25,219 bases of DNA. Source: Octopus sinensis (taxonomy: Eukaryota). Within the stretch, counting starts at the first letter, position 1, and the number at the start of each line of letters is the position of its first letter. The stretch spans positions 1 to 25,219 of the forward strand of contig NW_021836243.1 in assembly GCF_006345805.1 (NCBI RefSeq), given 5' to 3'. Under the pieces are notes generated by a model that saw nothing but the letters and a program-made list of their open reading frames with translations, had not been told where the DNA came from and did no database searches. The translations under genes were made by a program, and so were the position numbers. Shown piece by piece: positions 10,473 through 20,964 of this stretch.

Positions 10473-10662
10473 ATTATCGAACGGTGGTATCTACCATAAA
10501 AGCAGGACGCTAATAATGATGAATGCCTCATAACATAGAAACGATATCGCACGAACACAGTACAATTCAATTTTTCATTTATTTTCTAGATATCACGAAT
10601 GACATCGACACACAAACGAGATTTGCAAAATTATAGGTAACTCTATGTATATGTTTCTGTGC

Positions 10663-10693
<31 letters not shown>

Positions 10694-10739
10694 TATTAGA
10701 TATATATATATTATATATATATATATATATATAATATAT

Positions 10740-10777
<38 letters not shown>

Positions 10778-11169
10778 ATATTCTATATATATTAATATAC
10801 ATATATATATATTTATATATATACATATATATATATTTACATATATACTACATATACATTATTATTCATATATATATATATATATATACATATATATATA
10901 CATTCATATATATATACATACATCTCCAAGCACAAACAAATACGTACCTTCACACACATACACATACACACACACACTCACATATATGTGCAAATAGTTC
11001 TTTATTGTTGTTAATAAAGATTTCTTGTGGCTTTATGATATGTTTTGTGATCTGGTGTTAACTGTATTGTTTTCTGAGCAGGATCTACTGGCTGCTTTCC
11101 ATTCTTTTGAGAAATTACAAAATTATTGTTGTTGTTGGTGTTGTCGTCGTTCCGTAGCCCGAGAACACA

Positions 11170-11204
<35 letters not shown>

Positions 11205-12474
11205 TACATTCACACACAGAGACACAGACACACACACATACACGAACACCTATGATCAACGGCAGTCAAAACCTGACAATAAATCGCTTCGTTATTATTT
11301 CTTTCTTTACACAAATCTCAATCAAACTACATTATTCTTTTGTCGTTCCAATTTTAGAAAAGCGAAGTGGTGGGATGTGAGGAAGGATTGGTTACAATTG
11401 TCTCCTGTGGCGTGACTCTGCGTTAATGGCACATTTGTGATCGTGTATTCTGGAACGCAGGCTTTACTATAGATTTGATTTGCATGTACAACACGTTATC
11501 TTTAATTATTCAACTATTGTTTCTCCTGTTTGAGGAATTCGTGACCTAGAATTGTTCATCTGCCGTTTCTTCGTACAACGCTAAAAGCATCAAGCAACAC
11601 ATTAAACAACGGAAATAAAACCTAAGCAACCACGAATGGTAGAATGGTTTAAGAGCCTGCTTATCGATTAGTGGTTTACGGTTCAATCCTTCTGCACGGG
11701 GGCCTTCAGAAGGGCCTCCTAATATAGTCTATGGTGAATAAATAATATATTAAAAACACACGCTCACACACAGGCATACATAGAATAGGTTTAAACGAAC
11801 AGGTCGACTGCAGAACATATCTTTTCTTTGTATTCTAGTACTTACACAATCGATATATTTTACCGAACTACAAAGGTACAGAGATAAAAACCAACATAGG
11901 TAGTCAAGCGTTGTGAGGGAAGCAAACGCTGATTCAAAGACACATACACACATTTCACGCATAAATACATTTCACGTTAAACTGCATCTGGTGGTGGAAA
12001 TCTGGTAAGGGAGTTCCAGGCTTTCAGGGAGTGTGCAACCACATCTTAGCTACTCACCGGGTAGTAACAACTGTTAGGATCCTCACCATAAGTAACTAGC
12101 ATGTAAACCACAAGGCCTGAAAAACTCCTAGTTACCTTTAGCAGTTGTTTCTAGGAGGAAGTAAAATCGTATAAAAAAAAACAAAGCAAAAAAACTAAAG
12201 GGCAGTTGGCTTCTGGGTGTTTTAATCTCTAGGGTGTCAATGGTTTTGTAGCTGATTGCAATGAGAAATGGTTTCAGAGTAACACCTGACCCACTCAAAA
12301 CAAATTCAAGCACAGCGATCTATTGGTTTCTTGAAGCGTTTTCACGAGCTTACTGAGTCTTGAAAGGAGTCATAACTGACCACGAGTTAACTTCCACTGT
12401 ACATACACACATACATACATACGTACATACATACATATATATATATGTATATATGTGTGTATATATATATATAT

Positions 12475-12522
<48 letters not shown>

Positions 12523-12804
12523 TTTGTATATTGTATGTATGTATGTATGTTTGTATATATATATATATATTATATATATAGTTACTTATGACGGTTAGTA
12601 AGGAGAGACACAAATAAGAATGAAAAACAAAAGGACCACTGATGCCGGTCACAGGAGTGTGACGAAAGAACTCTGGCTAAATAAGATTAGATTAATGTAA
12701 AAATAAATAACACTGAAGCAAAATAACACCAAATATATAGTGCGTGTGTTTTTATTGGCTAAACTGGCAAAATGACCATTCCGAAATATAACAATATATA
12801 TATA

Positions 12805-12962
12805 TACATGGGGTGGTGAAAAGTTCCTGGTTTTGGATAAATTAAAAAAACAGGGGTAGTAGTTAATTATGATTGCCCTGTAAAAGATCTTAGAAGATTG
12901 GGCCTCTTACCAGGCCTTTCGCGACATACTTAAAGCCAGGAAATTTACAGTGCCTCCTCGTA
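12805..12962. mobile_element. Degenerate Tc1/mariner-type MITE
   Basis: TA-flanked ~30-bp imperfect TIRs (about 21 of 31 matches; shared ttcctgg.ttt). The right end reads TA-CGAGG on the minus strand, a mariner-like terminus. Confidence 0.5.
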
Positions 12963-13621
12963 TATCTCCGATACGCTTCAATATAGTTTCTGTTTATGAT
13001 ATTCACTGGGCTATAATGTAAGACAGTTACACTAATTGTCACTGGGTAGGAGTGAAACATATTTTTGCTCATGTTTAAATCGATCATCGCTTGAAAAACA
13101 CCACCGTTAAATAATGATGATGAAAGTATACGCGCCTATATATATATATTTATGTGTATGTTCCTGCGTGTGTGTGTGTTTGTACTTGAAAGAAAAGAAA
13201 ATTAGAGGTATGACAAATTTGAACGTAACGCCACATCTAAGCTAGTCGTTGTAAAATAATTAAACGGAGAGCTGCTCGATCCAGAGAGGCTGGTGTCCTC
13301 GACTTCGTCAATAGTAATTTCCCTATATGCTTGCATTTACTGATAATTTCTATTTTTTTTTTACCTTTTTCTTTTTTTTTTCATCTTTTTCACCTTTCTA
13401 CTGTTTGCGTCTATCTTCTTGTTTTTTCTCTTCATTTCTTTTCTACGAGTGACATGTTTTGCAAATTGAATAGACCACATGTTCAGAACCGAAAATTGCT
13501 TCGTGACAAAAAAGGCGTTTTATAAAAAGCTGCCTCGATCTGCGTCTCGAATGCAAGAAACAATTAATCGCTCGAATATTTATACTGTGTAAGCTAATGG
13601 AATATACTATAGATTATATAT

Positions 13622-13665
<44 letters not shown>

Positions 13666-13670
<5 letters not shown>

Positions 13671-13923
13671 AGGTTTGGAGATGATGTACAGGTATTATAT
13701 ATTAGAAGAAATGAGGTAATCAGAAGATCGGCTGGTTTATATTTACATATATTTATTTATATATTACATTTTTTATATATATATATCATATCTGAAAACC
13801 CCACTAGAATGGGAGAAAGCGCTAATGTTCTAAGGGATATGATATATATTTAAAAAATGTAATATATAAATAAATATCTGTAAATATAACCCATCCGATC
13901 TTCTGATTACCTCATTTCTTCTA
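13666..13923 (+). mobile_element. Hairpin element with ~85-bp inverted arms and a hammerhead-like loop
   Basis: tagaagaaatgaggtaatcagaagatcgg (13703) / ccgatcttctgattacctcatttcttcta (to 13923). The left side has a ~35-bp unpaired extension. Flanked by (AT)n on both sides. Confidence 0.75.
13788..13828 (+). ncRNA. Hammerhead-like motif with G8A core change
   Basis: ATAT-CTGAAAA-c-CCCA-ctagaa-TGGG-a-GAAA-GCGC-TA-ATGT, with palindromic AGCGCT stem III. Confidence 0.4.
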
Positions 13924-13940
13924 CATATATATATATAATA

Positions 13941-14002
<62 letters not shown>

Positions 14003-14494
14003 AACACATATATATATATATGGATATTATATACATATATGTATACATATATGTAAGCATTTATGTATATATATGTATGTATTTTACACACATACATAAT
14101 ATATATATATATATAGAAATATATATAGATATGTACATGTATATATATATCATGTATATATATATACACATATATGTTACATGTAGTATGCATATATGTA
14201 TATATATATGTATATTTGTATATATATGAATGTATATTATGTATATTATTATATATATATATTATATATATATATAGATATATATATAATATATATATAC
14301 ATACATTCACATACCATATAAAACAATTAAGTGAGCATCTTAAAACCTTGAACGTTTATTATCTCTAGCGACGCCATGAGCCCTCCATCATATGTGCAAT
14401 GGTACGATGTGGAAACTATACTACCAGCATGATGCAGATGACTTTAACATTAGAATCATTCGAGGCTGGGATGGCACCTACGAGTTTCAGGATC

Positions 14495-14716
14495 ACAACA
14501 CATAAACCACAGCAACATCCTTTTGTTTTGCTTTAAAAGTCCCTGCTGTATTTAACATTGTCCTAAAAGAAATCAAAGAAGAAATGATTCCATCACCTTC
14601 AAACGACACCTGACAAATTCCTTTAAGGGATACATGTAAGCCCTTTATTCCTGGATACATCTCAGTCAACAACGACTCCCTACTTGCATGGGCCATAATA
14701 CCAAAAAAAAAAAAAC
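14495..14716 (+). mobile_element. CR1/L2-group LINE 3' end
   Basis: Frameshifted translation VPAVFNIVLKEIKEE…FKRHL.KFL…PFIPGYISVNNDSLLAWA matches the FN.LP…FK..LD.FL..IPD.P..PGY…NSL pattern. Ends in poly(A) at ~14703-14716. Confidence 0.6.
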
Positions 14717-14854
14717 TTGTCTTAAATGTAACTTAGTAGATCCTACCTGGTGGTGCTATTGAGTCAGAAATGGCTTGGGTCAAACTTTTCCTAAGTTAAA
14801 TACACATATATGAATATAGGTAGGTAACTATATAATGCATAGGTGTATTTATAT

Positions 14855-15258
14855 ACTCTTTATTCTCTTTTACTTGTTTCAGTCATTTGACTGCGGCCAT
14901 GCTGGAGCACAGCCTATAGTCGAGCACATCGACCCCGGGACTTATTCTTTGTAAGCTCAGTACTTATTCTATCGGTATCTTTTTGCCGAACCGCTAAGTG
15001 GCGGGGACGTAAACACACCAGCATCGGTTGTCAAGCAATGCTAGGGGGACAAACACAGACACACAAACATATACACACACACACATACATAATAATATAT
15101 ATATAATATAATAATATCTATATACATATATATGACAGGCTTCTTTCAGTTTCCGTCTACCAAATCCACTCACAAGGCATTGGTCGGCAGAAGACGGGAC
15201 TGAACCCGGAACCATGTGGTTGGTAAGCAAGCTACTTACCACACAGCCACTCCTGCGA
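14855..15258 (-). mobile_element. CORE-type SINE with two internal deletions
   Basis: Near-identical to 3023-3440 but reads ggtcggc|agaagac|gggactgaacc, so it lacks most of the CORE segment. Confidence 0.9.
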
Positions 15259-15330
15259 CTTGAGTGTGTAATGTTTGTAACTGTATATGTGTACATAAGT
15301 AGGGATGCGTGTGAATGTTTGTTTGTGTGT

Positions 15331-15369
<39 letters not shown>

Positions 15370-15903
15370 ATGTGTGTATTCTGATGGGATAAATAGCGTA
15401 GAGCTATTGGCAATTACCTCGATGATTCATCTTTAATTCTCAGTCCCCCACAGAGCTGAGATTCTTTCTATGTTTACAAAGAACGTTTCAATTCAGGAAC
15501 TTAAGTGAAATATTGCTCCAACTTGCAATATATCCATCATACGATAATACATCTTCTGCGGATGTGTAATATCATCTAAAATTACGTATTTAGATTAGGC
15601 AGCCGAAATATATACAAACCCGCGTATTGCTTCCTTTTAACCCTTCGTTGGATGCCGTCTGGAGTTCACAGTCCATTTTATTGACTGCTGATATTTTGGT
15701 ACATATTTTATGGTTTATGTCAGTTACCAATTACAAAGAAATTATTGGAATAGCTTAGACTTTATTACCGCATTGTAATTATGTTTGAATGTACCGTTTT
15801 TCTACTTGATTTCTTATTCTGATATCAATAAACTCACACTCAAACACGGGGACACACAAGTTTGCAAATATAAGATAATATACATACAGACACTTATATA
15901 TTG

Positions 15904-16152
<249 letters not shown>

Positions 16153-16359
16153 TTCACAAACAAACACATATCAAATTCATACGTATATTCATGCATATAC
16201 GTTCATACATTCACACATACATACATAAACACATACACACACTCATACATATATACATACATACATACATACATACATACATACATACATACATACATAC
16301 ATACATACATACGTACATGCATGCATACATACATATACCTTTATACATATACGCCGCAA

Positions 16360-16790
16360 ATATTCATTTCTACTCTAAGTACAAGGCCCGAAATTTTAGG
16401 GGAGGGATCCAGCGAATTAGTTCGACCACAGTACGCAATTGGTACTTAATTTATCGACCCCAGTACGCCACTGGTACTTAATTTATCGACACCGAAGGGC
16501 AAAGTCGATCTCGGCAGTACTTGAACTCAGAACGTAGCGTCAGACGAATTACCTATTTCTTTACTACCCAGAAGGGGCTAAATACAGAGAGGACAAACAA
16601 AGACAGACAAACGGATTAAGTCGATTTTATTGACCCCAGTGCGTAACTAGTACTTAATTTATCGACCCTGAAAGGATGAAAGGCAAAGTCGACCTCGGCA
16701 GAATTTGAACTCAGAGCGCAACAGCAGACGAACTACCGCTAATCATTTTGCCCGGCGTGCTTACGTTTATACCAGCTCGCCACCTTAATA
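16360..16790 (-). mobile_element. Composite/dimeric Meta-like SINE
   Basis: Two copies of the central domain (gcaaagtcga.ctcggcag.a.ttgaactcaga) with two different tails and one head. A 32-bp tandem duplication lies at 16422-16485. Confidence 0.75.
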
Positions 16791-17638
16791 CGCGACAAAT
16801 ATTGGAAGACCTAATGAGAAAGCTACAGCTCTTTTATCCAGGCAATACATTTTCATTTGTATCTATTACCATATGTCCACTGGTTTCCTAAAGTATAGAT
16901 TTGTAGAGAACATACAAATGCTGAGTTCATAATTAAAAGAAACGCAAACTCATCTGGTGCTTGTAAGTGTTATTGATTTTAGGTAGAGTGAAAATTCGAA
17001 AAAGAAAAAAGAAAGAAATTTTACGGATGTTTTCCTTTAAGGTGCTTGAATGGGAAAAAATTAATGCAGTCACATAGTCAGTCATAAGCGATACACACCG
17101 CACACATACTCACACATGAACAGTAATGAATTACACATAAGTCTATGTTAAAGTTATATACACGAACACAACACAGGCATAAAATGCATGAGAGGACGTT
17201 TGGTTACACGCATGCAGATATTCACACACACCCACACACAAACACTCGCGCGCGCGCTCGTACAATCACACACACATACACACACACAAGCACGCATCAA
17301 ATAATTCAGAAGACAACAAAACGCGAAGCATTGTCTTGGTGTGACAGAATGGAAAATGATTTAACAATTAATTAGTAATTGGGTTCTGTTCTGCAAAAGA
17401 AAAAGTTAAATAAATACACACATGCACACACACACGTTCGCACACACAAGCTCTCACACACACACGCACACACAGGCGCATACAAATACGCATATATAAA
17501 TATATATATATTATTATATATATATAGATATATATATATCTTATATATATATATATTAATGTATATATATATATATAATATATATATATATTAGCTATAT
17601 ATATATATATATGTATTATATATACATATATATATTAC

Positions 17639-17710
<72 letters not shown>

Positions 17711-17794
17711 ATATATACGTATATGTATATATATATCTACGTATATATATATGTATATATATGTATCTATGTTTATATAATTTGTATGTATATA

Positions 17795-17826
<32 letters not shown>

Positions 17827-18018
17827 CTGGTGTTTTGTATACTACTAAATCTATTTAGCTGAATTCAATGAAATATCCCCCGAAATTCCATTTCACTTTG
17901 GCATCCAAATGCACGTTAAACATCCAGTTCCAAAATTTGAAATGGTGAAACAGCCGCAGGAACAAATAATCTACATACACACACTTACACATACCCATAC
18001 ATACATACATACATGCAT

Positions 18019-18056
<38 letters not shown>

Positions 18057-18157
18057 GTGTAAGGTTAATCCAAACGGGAAAACAGAAAAAACAACAACAC
18101 GTGGAACAATTAGAGTATTATTATTATTAGGCGCTCAGGAAAATGGGAAGAAGGAGG

Positions 18158-18192
18158 GTATGACGTTTCGAGCGGAGCTCTTCGTCGGAAAC
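18158..18192 (-). ncRNA. Minimal type-I hammerhead-like motif within a Penelope-like-derived repeat (~18060-18260)
   Basis: GTTT-CCGACGA-A-GAGC-tcc-GCTC-GAAA-CG-TC-ATAC, with palindromic ACGT stem III, a U4C change and one stem I mismatch. Confidence 0.55.
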
Positions 18193-18664
18193 ATAAGAGA
18201 AGGAAGAAAGAAGAAAGAAGAAAGAAGAAAGATCCCGATGTGGGCGAACGGAAGGAAAAAAAACGCGACTTGTTTTTACGGTGTGTGTGAGTGTGTTTTA
18301 TGAACCTTTTGCGCTGTAACAAAGCAAATCTCAGTTCGTGTTAATCTATTTCCAGTTTTTGGCTGTGAAATTTAGCGGGCAATACCTACTGTGAAATCAC
18401 AGGAGATGTAAGCCGAGAAATACATAAACAGTATTTTAACGTTTATGTTTCAGTCAGGTGATATTATGTATGCGAGATAAGTATATACGATAGGTGTATA
18501 AACATTGGACAACATTTCTAGTGTGTGGGAATAAATACTGATGTATCCCTTATTCCCTTTCTGATATATAGACACCACACATATACATACATGCACGCAT
18601 CCATTTCTATATATACACAGAGAAACATGCGCAAACCTAAGTGTTTACGTACGTATATATATAT

Positions 18665-19010
18665 ATAATTATTTGAGGGAATATTAATCCAATCTTAAGG
18701 GGAAAACAATTGATTAGAAATACTAAATCAAATTTCACACAATATATATAAAAATTATATATATATAAAAATTAGACAAAAAAACACCTTTTATCAATTC
18801 AATTTTTTACTATAATCATTTCTTAAATATAATCAGGAAACACATGTCGCTATTCTACCAATTATATACGTTTGCTTTTTTGCAATTTAATTAATTATTG
18901 ATATTTTATTGTTAATTTAATTTTAATATTTCTATTATATGTAATTTTCTAGATGGTGTAATTTAATTGTTCATTTTGAATTGATAAAACGTGGTTTTTT
19001 CTAATTAATA
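18665..19010. mobile_element. Internally deleted relative of the 4282-4705 hairpin element
   Basis: 18665-18745 is the reverse complement of the 4620-4705 tail. 18895-19000 matches arm 4500-4600. Confidence 0.8.
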
Positions 19011-19014
19011 TATC

Positions 19015-19044
19015 TATATATCTATCTCTCTATCTATCTATCTG

Positions 19045-19114
<70 letters not shown>

Positions 19115-19144
19115 GATAGATAGATAGATAAATAGGTAGATAGA
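19015..19144. repeat. (TATC)n switching to (GATA)n at 19114/19115
   Basis: …tatctatc|gatagatagatagata… seen directly. Confidence 0.95.
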
Positions 19145-19576
19145 CAAATGTATACACATACATATGCGTCTGTGTTTGTATCTATATGTTTATATATATA
19201 TATCAGTATATAAGCTTATGTATTCATACATAAAAACATACGTACATGTATACGGACAGTCGTAGTTATATGCATGCAATTCAGCGTAACTGTATACGCG
19301 TGTGCCTGTAATACCAATCTGCATTCAAAATTTCAACAGACAGCATTTTCGTGTCTCACGCATCCGATTTTCGAGCGATAATTCAAATATAATCGTTGTT
19401 ATTTTTACGCGTTTGCTATCCTTTGATTATACACAATAATTTATAAATATTTATAAGCAAATTCATAGTCTCTGCTGATAGCTTTTATCTGAATTAAACA
19501 AAGTTGGTTTTCATTCCCAAGGCACTTAGGGAATTTTTCTATTTATCTTTAATGTATTATACTGTGTCCTCCGTTT

Positions 19577-19613
<37 letters not shown>

Positions 19614-19808
19614 CTCGCTTACTCTCTCTACTTCTCTCCTTCTATGAGTGTTTGAGTGTGTCTGTATGTGTGAGTGTATGTGTGCTTGCATTGCATCAGC
19701 ATTGAAGCAGAATACAACTTGATACATTAACCATGTAGACATGGTTTGCATGCGATATGTAAGTATGTATGTGCGAATTTAGCATGGTGATATATCTACG
19801 AATATACG

Positions 19809-19877
19809 TATCTATCAATCAATCAATCATCTATCTATCTATCTATCTATACTATCTATCTATCTATCTATATATAT

Positions 19878-19912
<35 letters not shown>
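19809..19912. repeat. (TATC)n tract, 5' flank of retrotransposon copy 1
   Basis: Seen directly. Confidence 0.92.
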
Positions 19913-19913
<1 letters not shown>

Positions 19914-20698
19914 GCGGTCAGGAGCGACGAAACCGTTCTGCACGCACTCGTTCAGTGTCCAACAATTTCCGACCTGTGGGCTTATGTCGAACAAACTGCT
20001 GTCACGTGTGGGACGAGTCGGTTATCAGCTGAGTCTATCGTCAATATTGTCACGCCTCCTTCCTCAAACGGGAAGGAAGAGCTATTTCATCATCCTTGTG
20101 GCTATGGCGAAAGAATGTATCTGGTGGACGCGTCTGAAAGGATTGGAGACAAACACTTTCCTCTCTGGCAATCTTCATCAACTTCTTCAAGTACCACTTG
20201 AAAAGAAAGTGAGAGTAGAGAGGCAAGTTTTGTCTAGCGAATGTTTTAAAAAAAAGATGGTGAATGTAGGCAAGAATGGCACGTATGATGACGAAGCCAC
20301 CTTGAGCATAATCCTATGAACCCAGAAATCGAAAACAGAGAGTGCTTATTTGCAAAAAAAAAAAAAAAAAAAAAAAAGAAAATATAAATGTGACTTCATG
20401 ACCGAGGTTACCGTGGTCTTTCGCAGGCTTTTCTTTCCACGGGTAAACCTCACTGTCCTCCCCTTTACACTTCATATTGACATTTCTGTGATAACGATCC
20501 CTATGATCATGTTTTTTCCTGTCCCCCCCCCTTTTTTTTAAAACCCCCTTATTTTTTGTCCTCTTTCTCTCCTTTTACGATCCCTTTTGATCGAATCTCC
20601 CCCTTCCCTTTTTTTTTTTTTTTTTTAATACCTTCAAAAAAAAGCTCTACCTTGTAATTTGTTCTATCTGTGTCAACCCTGTGTGGCTAATAAAGAAA
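19913..20698 (+). mobile_element. Heavily 5'-truncated L1/Tx1-type retrotransposon, copy 1
   Basis: Aligns to 23509-24321 of copy 2 from tgcggtca through ctaataaagaa. Confidence 0.93.
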
Positions 20699-20717
20699 CA
20701 TATCTATCTACTGTCTG

Positions 20718-20749
<32 letters not shown>

Positions 20750-20964
20750 ATCTTCCTATCTATGATTATTATTTATTTCTATCTATCTATCTATCAATCT
20801 ATCTATATATCTATCCACTATCTATCTATCTATCTCTTATCTATCTATTAATCTATCCTCTATCTATTTCTATCTATCTATCTATCCTTCCATATATATC
20901 TATCTATCTATCTTCTATCTATCTATCTATCTATCATCTATCTATCTATCTATCAATCTATCTA
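20699..20964. repeat. Noisy (TATC)n tract between the two copies
   Basis: Seen directly. Confidence 0.92.

Noticed and set aside
11634-11700. tRNA gene (A-box tggtagaatgg, B-box ggttcaatcc)
   Set aside because: I could not fold a cloverleaf or acceptor stem. It is more likely a decayed tRNA-derived SINE head.
11985-12130. Possible LINE end on the minus strand (LKAWNSL)
   Set aside because: A single short motif is not enough to assign an element.
19913-20698. Copy 1 as a pure mis-assembly of copy 2
   Set aside because: It has its own clean 5' junction with TATC, one substitution and different homopolymer lengths, so a separate insertion is favoured. An artefact cannot be fully excluded without reads.
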